Part shown: positions 1 through 10,764 of the stretch, in pieces | Layout of the letters: every line of letters starts with the position of its first letter | Numbering within the stretch: the stretch's first letter is position 1 | From: Mobula hypostoma | Taxonomy: Eukaryota | Direction of reading: 5' to 3' | DNA: 64,000 bases | NCBI RefSeq assembly: GCF_963921235.1 | Contig: NC_086097.1 | Span: 116,872,001 to 116,936,000, forward strand | The notes under the pieces: generated by a model | Databases searched by the model: none | What the model saw: only the letters and a program-made list of their open reading frames with translations | What the model was told of the DNA's origin: nothing | Program-made: the position numbers and the translations under genes

Positions 1-1212
1 CGGGGGGGGGGACCCAGAGGATGGGCAAGAGGTATATTCAGAGGGACAGAGGGAGAAAAAGGAGATTGAGAGAAAGAATGTGTGCATAAAAATAAGTAAC
101 AGATGGGGTACGAGGGGGAGGTGGGGCCTTAGCGGAAGTTAGAGAAGTCGATGTTCATGCCATCAGGTTGGAAGCTACCCAGACGGAATATAAGGTGTTG
201 TTCCTCCAACCTGAGTGTGGCTTCATCTTTACAGTAGAGGAGGCCGTGGATAGACATGTCAGAATGGGAATGGGATGCGGAATTAAAATGTGTGGCCACT
301 GGGCCATCCTGCTTTCTCTGGTGGACAGAGCGTAGATGTTCAGCAAACTGGTCTCCCAGTCTGCGTCGGGTCTCGCCAATATATGAAAGGCCACGTCGGG
401 AGCACCGGACGCAGTATATCACCCCAGTCGACTCACAGGTGAAGTGTTGCCTCACCTGGAAGGACTGTTTGGGGCCCTGAATGATAGTAAGGGAGGAAGT
501 GTAAGGGCATGTGTAGCACTTGTTCCGCTTACACGGATAAGTGCCAGGAGGGAGATCAGTGGGGAGGTATGGGGGGGACGAATGGACAAGGGAGTTGTGT
601 AGGGAGCGATCCCTGCGGAAAGCGGGGGGGGAGGGAGGGAAAGATGTGCTTAGTGGTGGGATCCAGTTGGAGGTGGCGGAAGTTACGGAGAATAATATGT
701 TGGACCCGGAGGCTGGTGGGGTGGTAGGTGAGGACCAGGGGAGCCTTATTCCTAGTGGGGTGGCAGGAGGATGGAGTGAGAGCAGATGTACGTGAAATGG
801 GGGAGATGCGTTTAAGAGCAGAACTTTTTTTTACTGTTTTTAATGGAGGTCAGGATTGAGGACGTGATTTTAAGTTTTTTAACTCTGTTTGGTTTCAAGT
901 TAGCCCATTGCATTGCTTTGCTTTTAGTTAGTTGCACGGTGGGTTTTTTGGGGGGTTTTTTTTTTCCTTTTCTCTATTGATATATATATAAAAATTAGTA
1001 TACTATTATGTTACCTTACTACGTTATGTTTAAATTACATTGTTTGTAGTATTTTTTTTGGTATTAATATCTTCTGTAATTTTATTGTATTCTAACAGTG
1101 TATTAGTGCCTATATGGCTTACCTTTTTGTATACTTATTCAATAAAAAGATTTAAAAAGAAAAGAGCAGAGCTGATAGTGGAGGAAGGGAAGCCCCTTTC
1201 TTTAAAAAAGGA
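1..1212 (-). mobile_element. Penelope-like retroelement, 3' part of the ORF with GIY-YIG endonuclease (5'-truncated, interrupted at 823-1161)
   Basis: ORF 129-455(-) has GVIYCVRCSRRGLSYIGET...FAEH...VATHFN...RLEEQHLIFRLG...PDGMN, the GIY-YIG domain of Penelope-like elements. Confidence 0.88.
823..1161 (+). mobile_element. 5'-truncated poly(A)-type LINE 3' UTR (probably L1/Tx1) nested in the Penelope element
   Basis: 9-bp TSD AAGAGCAGA at 814-822 and 1162-1170. AATAAA at 1141-1146 followed by an A-rich tail. TTT|AAGA target resembles the L1 endonuclease site. Confidence 0.75.
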
Positions 1213-1432
1213 TCCCTCCCCTCCTGTCTTCTCCTATCATTTTGGATCTCCCCCTCCCTGTCCAACTTTCAAATCCCTTACTCACTCTTCCTTCAGTTAG
1301 TCCTGACGAAGGGTCTTGGCCTGAAACGTCGACTGCACCTCTTCCTACAGATGCCGCCTGGTCTGCTGCATTCACCAGCAACTTTGATGTGTGTTGCTTG
1401 AATTTCCAGCATCTGCAGAATTCCTGTTGTTT
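1213..1432 (+). mobile_element. Inverted Penelope pseudo-LTR / 3' terminus
   Basis: Pyrimidine-rich tract, hammerhead motif and terminal ...TTTCCAGCATCTGCAGAATTCCTGTTGTTT shared with many other copies in the window. Opposite orientation to the adjoining ORF fragment. Confidence 0.8.
1298..1335 (+). ncRNA. Minimal type-I hammerhead ribozyme motif (Penelope-associated)
   Basis: UAGUC-CUGACGA-A-GGGU(CUUG)GCCU-GAAAC-GUC|GACUG. CUGAnGA and GAAA core boxes present, GUC cleavage triplet, stem I UAGUC/GACUG, short stem II, palindromic ACGU in place of stem III. Confidence 0.75.
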
Positions 1433-2100
1433 AACATCGTCATCAAACTGCTTCCACAGTGAAGTCATGACTTGAAGTCATGAAGACATGAAGTCATCAC
1501 ACTGCAGACCATTTGATCCGCCTCCTGTCAGACTTCATGTTCGAGGGATTAGTTTGCAACACTTGGAGGTTCCGGGCACTATGGGGTGACTCCGGGCCTG
1601 GCCCCTCTTTCGTCTCACCAGGTTGGACACCTGCGCGTTGTGCTGCTCCTGCTCCCGCCAAACACTTCATCCTCGCTTGGTGGATCTTCAAGCCGCGATC
1701 GTTCTTGCAGATTTTGCCACATGCACACTGCTTCCTCATCATCGTTTGTTCATTGCCTGGGTCTGATGTCGTTGTGTCCATCCGACTGGGGTGCTCATCC
1801 TCCCCCACCTCTCAGGCACCCCTGGGGGTATCTTTTCCTTAGATTCTTTGTGGCTTTTGTGGGGGTCCTCCTCTCAGAGGACACAGATTGGGTTGCCAGC
1901 CCGTTCTGCCCTGGTTGCCGTCTCTCCGTCTCTCCGGGCTGTCACTGACTGTCCAGTCATCACCACTCTTTTCATGGTTGTCACCCAGTCTTTCCTGGTT
2001 GTCACTGATTAACTCAGGGTGTAAGCTGTGTACATACATCTATTGATGCTTCTGGACACATCTTCAGTGATGTTCCTGGAATCATCGGGTATTTCGGGCC
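1433..2100 (-). mobile_element. HERO-clade non-LTR retrotransposon, 5' end and N-terminal zinc finger
   Basis: ORF 1497-1808(-) has CACGKICKNDRGLKIHQARMKC...PGPESPHSA...RRRIKW and continues after a local disruption as MTSLWKQFDDDV. I recognise these as HERO-type N-terminal motifs. Confidence 0.7.
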
Positions 2101-2426
2101 TTTAACACAATTATACACAGTAAATGTGCCTCATTGCAGACAGGCACAAAAGGTGTAAATTTATCAACAAAACAAAGCTGGTTCTCACTGGAATACATCT
2201 CTTTAAGTAGTGGAGAGATTCAGATCACTTCATGCTAGAAGTGGTAGAACAGACAAGATGGTGTCCATTACCCTGCTCCTAGTTTCTCTGATCTTTAATC
2301 AAACATCATGGTGGTGGAGGTGGAAACTCAGGGAAGTCCTCAGGGTGACTGGGTTTTCCTTTCTGGAATCTGTAAAGTGTAAGTACAATGACTGGATGAG
2401 AGAAAAATAAAAATACAATCTCCTTC

Positions 2427-2670
2427 CGTGGGGGAGGGAGGGGAGGGAACGTCAACTCAGACCATGAGAGGCCTGCGTCGGGCATTTTCATGCCTTACAA
2501 GGCACAGATTGGAAGTCTGTGTGGGGCGCCACTCCTCGCACAGACTAGAGCAATGTGTGATTAAGTGCCTTGCTCAAGGGCACAAACACGCTGCCACAGC
2601 TGAGGCTCAAACTAGTGACCTTGAGATAACTAGACGAACACCTTATCCACTTGGCCGCGTGCCCAACACA
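2427..2670 (-). mobile_element. tRNA-derived SINE
   Basis: Reverse strand begins GGGCACGCGGCCAAGTGGATAAGG (A box)...GTTTGAGCC (degenerate B box)...GTGCCCTTGAGCAAGGCACTTAA. Confidence 0.7.
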
Positions 2671-2849
2671 ATGACTAACTCTATAATAGCAGTTAGATAA
2701 ACATTGTCACTTTAAGCTTCACGCAAGTGAATGAATGATCTCACCCTGTCCCTCAAGTGCCATCTCTTTGGTCAAGAAAACACAATGGCATCTCCATATC
2801 CTGAGTAGACTGAGATGAGTGAGCACCCTCACCCCATTTTAACTGTGTT

Positions 2850-3364
2850 TTACAGCAGCACCATCAAGTGTGGCCTGTCCAGCTGCATCAGCATCTGGTA
2901 GGAGAACTGGAAGGCATCTGACTGCAAGTCCCTTCAAATTATTGTGAGGCCTGCTGAGGGATCATAAGGACCTATCTTACACCCTTTAGAGATATTTATC
3001 CGGAGCACTGTATACGTAGGGCCCTTAGCATTGTCTGTGATCCCTCCCATCCATCCAAAAATCTCTTTGGCCCCCTACCATCAGGCAGGAGGTACTGTAG
3101 CATCAGCACAAGGACTGTTAGGATGGGAAATAGCTTCTTTCCCTGGCTGTAAGATGGCTGAACTCCCTGCCACCACCCAAGTCTCATCATGTATGAAGCC
3201 CAGTAACATTATACTGTTTACTTTTCAACTTGTGTCATAAATGCATCTTATTATTTGTTAATTTATTAGTGGTAATATTGCTTTACATGTTATGTGAGTC
3301 AGTTGTATGTACTGTGTTGTGCACCCTGGTTTGGAGGAGCATTGTCTTGATTGGCGGTATACGT
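2850..3364 (+). mobile_element. Decayed LINE 3' end (Rex1/Babar-like), continuing at 4253-4290 after the solo LTR
   Basis: Degenerate C-terminal coding motifs (SCISIW, LPSGRRY, SFFP). Its tail GAATGACAGTAAACTTGAACTTGA lies beyond the LTR. Confidence 0.6.
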
Positions 3365-4252
3365 TGTTACATGCTCAAGGAGATCTGTGATTTTTTTTGT
3401 GAGAATGATGTAATGGTCTTTTGGAGGTCACCTGATGTGATTTTCCCACCGATGTGAGGTCACGTGATGACATGTGCACATGGGTATATAAGGGAAGACC
3501 CCAGATGACGCAGTTAGTTTTTAGTTTGTAGATTTCCAGGTAGAACGTGTTGTGTCTCCGTTCCTGTTGCGTGTTGGTTTTTGTGATGCAGTTTCATTTT
3601 TAAAATGGAGTGTTGCGTTCTGTTGCAAGATACAATATTATTGGACTGGAAAGTTTTGGCTAGATGTGCTGATTTACTCAAGTTCAGCAGTAGAAGGGAG
3701 AGTGAAGACTTTATCAAAGTGTAGGACTCAAAGGATTGAGAGGAGTCGGCATCGGTCGGCATTTTAACAAAGGATCGACCTTATTGAGTCTTCGTTGAAG
3801 GAGTAGCGACCTGCATCAAAGATAACACTTGCCAAAAGAAGAAGAGTTCATGCAAAGGTTTGCTCTCTGAAAGAAATTAAAGTCAGTTGTTTTAAACTGT
3901 TTATTTACTGCATCATGAATCCTTTGGACAGAACCAGCAGCAAAGTCGCGTCTATGAAGAAATCCTTCTCCAGAGAAGTCTCTCCCAATTGAACGTATAA
4001 ATCTGTTGGACTTTCGAATTTACCATTTTAAGAACTATATCTGACTTTATCGCTTTAAGAACTGTTTTCGCATTTAACGCTTTAAGAACCAGTGCCTAGT
4101 GACGATTTGTTGAACGGCTGCTTAATGGTTAACTTCCAGTTAAAGTTTTTGTTTGTTTTTTTTTCCTTATCATTTATCCGTGTTTAATAAATGTTTGGTT
4201 GTTTTTATATAACCTATTTCGATTGATATTCATTGTTGCCGTTTACGTAACA
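3365..4252 (+). mobile_element. Solo LTR (888 bp), Gypsy-type or ERV
   Basis: Termini TGTTAC...GTAACA, 4-bp TSD ACGT (3361-3364 and 4253-4256), TATATAA at 3485 and AATAAA at 4186. Confidence 0.88.
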
Positions 4253-4477
4253 ACGTGTACAGTTGAATGACAGTAAACTTGAACTTGAGCTGTATTTTTT
4301 TCATTAAGACCAGTTTTTCTCGTTAGTGCCTTTGCTGTTTCCCCGTCACACGTGCGTTCTCCAATGTTCCTTCAGGAACGTCGAATATTCACGGCTTTCT
4401 GATCAGCTTGATGGCTGGCTCCCACAATCTCAGCATGAAAGCACACAAAGGCGTCCATGTTTAATGCGCACATACAG

Positions 4478-4830
4478 TACAAGGGGTGATTGATAAGTTC
4501 GTGGCCTAAGGTAGAAGGAGTCAATTTTAGAAAACCTAGCACATTTATTTTTTTTTAACATCGTTCCCTGCTACATTTGCACACTTAGTCCAGCGGTCAT
4601 GGAGCATACGGATCTTGGACCTCCAGAAAGTGCCCAAAACAGGGGTGATTGATAAGTTCATGGCCTAAAGTAGAAGGAGATGAGTTATGCAGCTCTCATT
4701 AAATGCATATGCAGTTCAACTCTTTGAGTGATTATGCAGAAAGTTTGAGGTTAATTACTCATCCTTTAATAACTCATCAGGGGTGATTGATAAGTTCGTG
4801 GCCTAAGGTAGAAGGAGATGAGTTATACAG
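4478..4830. mobile_element. Mariner-like non-autonomous element with three direct copies of a 39-bp terminal sequence
   Basis: AGGGGTGATTGATAAGTTCRTGGCCTAARGTAGAAGGAG at 4482, 4641 and 4779. The first copy is preceded by TACA, resembling the TA|CGAGGGG ends of mariner elements. Confidence 0.6.
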
Positions 4831-4889
4831 AGCAATATACACCAGCTATATCGGCCAATCACTATGCAAATATTTAGTGGTGTTTCACA

Positions 4890-5023
4890 AACACAAGAGA
4901 TTCTGCAGATGTTGGATGTCCGGAGTAACATATACAAAATGATGGAGGAGCTCAACAGGTCAGTCATCATCTGGAGGGGAATAAACAGTCGACGTTTCGG
5001 GCTGAGACTCTTCATCAGGGCTG
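4890..5023 (-). mobile_element. Solo Penelope pseudo-LTR end with hammerhead motif (4986-5023)
   Basis: Reverse strand reads CAGCC-CUGAUGA-AGAGUCUCAGCCC-GAAAC-GUC-GACUG followed by the family terminus. Confidence 0.7.
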
Positions 5024-5790
5024 CCAGGAGTGTTAGAACAGACAAAATAGCATCCAACCCACCTCTCCTACCTTCCCTGATCTTCAATCAAACACAAACT
5101 TGTTTAGTAACATTTAGTGCTCAACAAAGTGTTGAACAATATCATTTTAAATAAGTATATTCCATTGATTATAAAACTTTTGCATGCTGCATAAAAATAT
5201 AAAAGCTTGAATGGTAACTGGTCTAATTGTAAAGTAAATTGGTTTTTGAACAGCAGCAATTTTACACACTATTAATTGATCTAGTTTGGATCAGTGAAGT
5301 GCGAAATGATTGTAATTAAGCTGAATTCTTCTGTTTAATGGTAAATATCGGATCCTTGCAGTTAACTGTGATCGGAAGTGTAACATTATTGAAATCAATC
5401 TGTAGAGATAATTCAGCATGAATAGGAGGTAATGCAATGCTAAGTTCCACAGTTACAAAGCAATTGTGTACTCTACACCCATCAATTAAATTTTTTGTTT
5501 TACTCAGCTCTCGTTCTAATATTGGCAGCTGTCTTACTTGACCATAGAACTGATGAACATATTAGCTATGGGGACATATACTGTATGCACTTCAATAATA
5601 AATTTGCTTTGAACTTTGAACATCTCCTTCCCCTTGAGTTCTCTGGAAAATAAAACAATAATGTAAAAAAAAATGACTGCATGCAGTTTCAAAATGTGAC
5701 AGGAGATTGTCAGAATTTTGCCTATTTAATATCAATTCAAATGTTGCTTGATCTTTTTCCATAAATCATCTCCTTTTTTTATCTTTAAAG

Positions 5791-5832
5791 ATCCTGAATT
5801 TGCACACCTTGGTGCCCTGAAACCATTGCCAG
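5791..5832 (+). CDS. NETO1: NETO1 internal coding exon (42 bp; CUB1-CUB2 linker)
   Basis: Pyrimidine tract + TTTAAAG acceptor, GTTAGT donor. Reads (D)PEFAHLGALKPLP, matching vertebrate NETO1 DPDFKDLGALKPLP. Phase 1-1. Confidence 0.93.
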
Positions 5833-5943
5833 GTTAGTACAGAAGCGACCACATCAGAGACTCATTTACATGAACAAGAATATCTTTGATCAGTCCGATT
5901 ATGCCATGTGATTCTCTATCTGATTTTTCTTTCTTTATCTCAG

Positions 5944-6071
5944 TGTGTGAGTTTGAAATGGGAGGACCCGAGGGAATCATTGAATCAAAGCAAATCGTGC
6001 AGGAAGGCAAGGCCAGACCCACGGAGGCAGTTGATTGTAAATGGTTCATTCGAGCACCACCAAAATCGAAG
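5944..6071 (+). CDS. NETO1: NETO1 coding exon (128 bp; N-terminal part of CUB2)
   Basis: TTTCTTTATCTCAG acceptor, GTCAGT donor. Reads (V)CEFEMGGPEGIIESKQIVQEGKARPTEAVDCKWFIRAPPKSK, in frame with both neighbouring exons. Confidence 0.96.
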
Positions 6072-8009
6072 GTCAGTTTTGAGCCTGAAATAAATATATT
6101 TACAACCGTTAGAAGAAATTTTCTGTCTAAAATTCATTTTTTATAGTAATGCAGTATTCCTGGGTGCGGTTACTCTAGTTTCATAACTCTACTTTTTAAA
6201 TTTTCAGTCAAGGCCACCAATGCAAAAATTACCTTTTCTGTGATTTTTAATTGCTTGTATGATAGCATTATATCTCTCAAAAAAGAATATATATTTGAAA
6301 GCTCTTTCAAAATAATTTACTGTTAAAGAAATGAGCAACAGGGATTGATATATACTTACAATATTTACTCATTCTACCTTGTACAACTGTGATTAACACA
6401 TACACCTACACCACAAGTGAATGTGCTTTCAGACCTCACAGTAGCTTGAGAGAATGTGACTTGAATATTCAAATAATGGTAATGGTTGTAGAAATCATGG
6501 GCAGGGGCAAATTGCAGCTATTACAGTCTGTAGTCCAGATGTACTAACGTTTGTAAGTGAAAAAAATATTGTTCTCATTTTTAGGTATTGGTGTATATTA
6601 ATATAATATAAATCTGGATTTTATACTCAAATTTATGTGGTATTTATTGGCAATTTGTTAATTGTATATAAAACATTATATAAATCTGAATTTTAACTCA
6701 ATCTTATGTGGCATTAATTGACAAATTGGGAAAGTCAAGAATTTTCCAAAAATTATTGAACCTCCAAATATTGGATATTTTTTGAGAAGTGCCATTTTCT
6801 GACAAGTGTTAAAATCTATCGGAATTTCCCCAGCTTTAATTTGCATCAAGTAGCCATCAGTTCTCCAGCAAAGTTAGAGAATAGAAGTATCTCTGAGAAA
6901 CTTCCCAGAAAATTACTTTTCTGCTTATACTAAAATGCACTTTGATGTTTTGGTCTCTCAAGCTGATTTTAACGGAGTCCAATAAAACAAAGATTTATTT
7001 CATCACTTTCAAACAGATGTTTGCAGAATATTTGTGTTACAACCAATCTTCAGTTAATCATTTCTGCCAATTCAATGAGTGCTCGGTAATGTTACAAATT
7101 ATGCATAAAGGAAAGGTGAAGCGTGGCAGTGCTTATAAGACATAAAAGCAAAAAGCTAAAAACAAAATTCAGCAGGTCAGACGGGATGATGGAGAAAAGC
7201 GAGTCATTGTTTCAGGTCACTAACTAATAGGTGTTTGAACATCTATCTGACAGATGCAATGTCATGAACAAATTCCATATTCTTTAATATTTGCTGACTT
7301 TTGCCATACTTTTTTGTAAGGTTTTCAAAAAACTATCACCAGAGGTAAATCATCTACTCATTTAATTTGTCAAAAGGATTAAATTATGCTTGTACTATTT
7401 AATGCTTTTGAAGTCAGACTAATTCGAATTTTACTAACTCACTGTAACTCATTCAGTCCAGTCTACCTGAAATTATCAGTGAGGATGTTACTGGAGGGAA
7501 ATCTGAGGCACAGGATCTGTTAGTATTTGGATAGAGTATCTGATTTGGAGGAGTCAACATGGCTTTGTGCATGGAAAGTCCTATTTGATGAAACTTCTAA
7601 AGGTTTTTGAAGAGGTAATCAAAAAGGCAGTTGAAGGAGGTCTGTTGACTGAATTAAAATTGATCTTCATTTTTGAAGATGTAAAGCACATCTTTTGGAA
7701 CATAGATTTGAGAATGGAAGTGTTTATTGAAAGAAAGAAACCTTATTTAGGGGTTCAAATCCAATTCTGTTAAATTTTAATAAATGTGTGTAAAGCAGGA
7801 GATATAGTAAATAATTCTGAAATAAACTAAAGTAGTTGCATAAGCATTATCATCTCTGATCCTCAGCCCTGTTCCCACGGAACTGCAAAGTACTTTACTT
7901 CTAAAACTGTAAAACATTTCAGCTCTGTGTCAGTTCTGCTCCCCCAACCTAGAACACCTTGTGGTCAAATGTCATCCATTTTATCCCCTGAGGGAGTTTT
8001 CCACCATTG

Positions 8010-9150
8010 TCCTGCTAGCCCTGCATATTTCACCTTAGGCCAACTAGAGGAGTTGCGTAGCATAATCAACTAGCACAAAACAGCTCATCCAGATGCTTTC
8101 CCTATCAGTGTAGGAGACTTCAACCAGGCCAGCTTGAAGAAGTCTATGAACAACTACCACCAACGCATCTCCTGTGGAACCAAAGGAGACAACACACTTG
8201 ACCACTGTTATACCACTTGCAGTAATGCTTACTGTGCCATCCCACACCCACACTTTGGAAGTCCAATCAGCTGGCTGTACTTCTACTGCCAGTGTACAGA
8301 CAGAGACTAAAGACCACAGCACCAGTGGTGAGGACCAGGAAGGTATGGACAAGCACTTACAGGAATGTTTTGAGTTGGTGGACTGGACAATATTCAGGAA
8401 TTCATCTTGAAGTCTGAATGAACATACCACAGCTGTAAGCGACTTCATCAAGACATGTGTGGATGAGTGTGTGCCTTCTAGAACATACTGACTGTGTCCA
8501 AACCAAACGCCGGGGATGAACTTGGAGATTTGTAATCTGCTGAGGACTAAGTCTGAGGCATCCAAGACTGAGACCCAGAACTATACAAGAAGTCCAGATA
8601 TGACCTACAGAAGACAAATTTAAGAGTGAAAAACAAATTCCAGTTGAGGTTAGAGATGGAATCAGATGCGAATCAGCCCCAGCATTACTTCCTACAAAGC
8701 AAAACCTAACGTTATGAATGACTGTGATTATTCACTCCCAGAGGAGCTCAATACCTTTTATGCTTTGAAAGGGAGAATAAAACTACATCTGTGCAAATGC
8801 CTGCTGCATCTGATGACCCTGTGATCTCCATCTCAGAGGTGAGAACATCTCTCAAGAGGGTGAAAACCTGTACCAACCATCTGGAGGGAGTGTTCAAAGA
8901 CATCTTCAATCTCTGAATGTTGCTGTTAGAGGTTCCCACCTGCTTCAAAAGGGTGACAATCATACCATTTCCCAAGAAAAGCAGGGTGAGCCGCCTCAGT
9001 GACTATCACCCGGTGGCACTCACATCTACTTATGCTTTGAGAAGTTGGTAATGTCTCAAATCAACTGCTGCCTAAGTATGTCCTGGACCTACTCAACTTG
9101 CATAGGTCTGCAGCAAATGCAGTCTCACTGGCTCTCTATTTAGCCTTGGA
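8010..9150 (+). mobile_element. Decayed LINE ORF2 fragment (AP endonuclease to start of RT; Rex1/Babar-like)
   Basis: Frameshifted translation HPDAFPISVGDFNQASLKK...DNTLDHCY...VPTCFK.VTIIP.PKK...[10 protein letters not shown]. Confidence 0.72.
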
Positions 9151-10764
9151 ACGCCAAATTTGCCAGTTTTCCAGGTGAAGCCAGAGGAGAGACAGAGTCC
9201 TGTCAAAATTCTGCATCAGAATCATCTTTTACCCCGAGGGCAGGAAGTATGTGTTGACCTAGAGCCTTACTCAAAACCTACAGCCTGTAGAATTCCACAC
9301 AGAAGAAGAACCGTATGGCAAAAAGCTGACAATAGTGTGTTTTCAGTGGAAAGACCTGAAGAGGAACCAACCACTGAGTACTGTACAGATTCAGAGGATG
9401 AGGAACTGAGAGTCTGGTATGCTTTCCCTTATGCAAACTGCCCAAGAATTGATGAGGAGATTTCTGAATTGCCCAGTCCCGACTCAGATATAATGGGGAA
9501 GACTGTCAGTAGACAGTCAGACATGACCATGGACTGTGAGGGGAAACTGGGCTCCAATATAATTGGAGATGAAGCTGAGTTCAGTCAGGTGGCCAGGGAG
9601 ACCTGAGTCACAAAAGGTACAAGTGATAGACGGGTGGTGGGGGGGGCATCCCCAAGTAGACAGGAGTGGACACAAAGAGTGGCTGAAACTGAAGAAGTAG
9701 AAGAGGAGATAAGGAGGTCTCAGAGACTCAGGAAACCCCCCAGCTAGGCTGGCTTATGATTCATCAGGGAAACAAAGTGTTGCATTCTTCCCAATAATGA
9801 GATATGTTATCTCTACTTACAAATGGATTGGGGGGGGGGGTGGTTCTGACATCAAGAAATTCATTTGAATAGTGTTATTAATAATGGTTTAATAAGTTCC
9901 CAAGTCAGGAGGACATGACTATTTTGGTGGGGGGAGGGAGAACATAAGGCCCTGTGTAAAATTTCTACTGCTATGCTGTGAGGTATTTTTATTTTAGCAG
10001 TTCTTTTGTAAAAGCAGTGTGTCCTGCTAGTAAGAGTGTTTTGGCTTTGGCCCATCTTAGGAATGTTGTGTCAGCCAATCAGGACTGTCTGGGTACGTGT
10101 TGTAACTTTCTGCTCAGTGGGATGTGAGAGAAGATTCTAGAGAGCTGGGTGAGATGAGATTTCTGAAGGACAGTGGTCTGGTTTGGGGTCTTTTGGCGGG
10201 AGGTGTGGAGGGAAAAACACCAGGGAAGATGCCTGGAGGGTCCCATCCGAAGAGGAGACCGGATTGCAAGAAGTGCTTCACAAGGCAGGAGATTCCATGA
10301 AGGGAAGCTCTACCTGTGGTTGATGATGAGAATTCAGCGATACACCCAGATACTACAGAAATGAGCTCCAACGTTTATGTGCACATTTCGACTGGCTTAT
10401 CTGCAACAGGCCCTTTCTTCTTTTTTTCATTCTTTTCTTATTGTTTAAATAAAGCTGAAAATTGGTAACTATACTTTCTTTGCAATTTTGTGCTGGCGTA
10501 CCATCTGTCATTTCTTGGTGACCGATAATTGTGTATGGTCAGAACTTACACAGCATTCACTACAATTAACATTCCTTAATTGAAACATCCCGGTTTGGCT
10601 GAACACCAGATCATATGGACCCTAGACGTATTTTGCTTGCATAAGGTGGCCTTCTCACAGCAGAGTCACGTGGCTGTTAACAGAGTTATCAGACGGGCCA
10701 AGTTGGTGTATAACCAACTTAAGTTGGTTATACAGTATAACTAAGCCCTGGTGAGAGGGGTGCA
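9150..10764 (+). mobile_element. Gypsy LTR retrotransposon remnant: post-integrase region, polypurine tract and probable 3' LTR
   Basis: ORF 9160-9606 LPVFQVKPE...VKILHQNHLLP, purine tract GGTGGGGGGAGGGAGAA near 9925-9942, then LTR-like sequence with AATAAA near 10448. Right end approximate. Confidence 0.6.

Noticed and set aside
4482..4817. CRISPR-like repeat-spacer pattern
   Set aside because: Vertebrate intron, no cas genes, long unequal spacers, and the repeat resembles a mariner end.
5833..5943. In-frame intron retention (111 bp is a multiple of 3)
   Set aside because: The retained sequence reads GGT TAG, an immediate stop.
5886..6146. ORF-track starts and stops around NETO1 exons (also 32245-32493)
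   Set aside because: These ORFs run into intron sequence. The true limits are set by splice sites.
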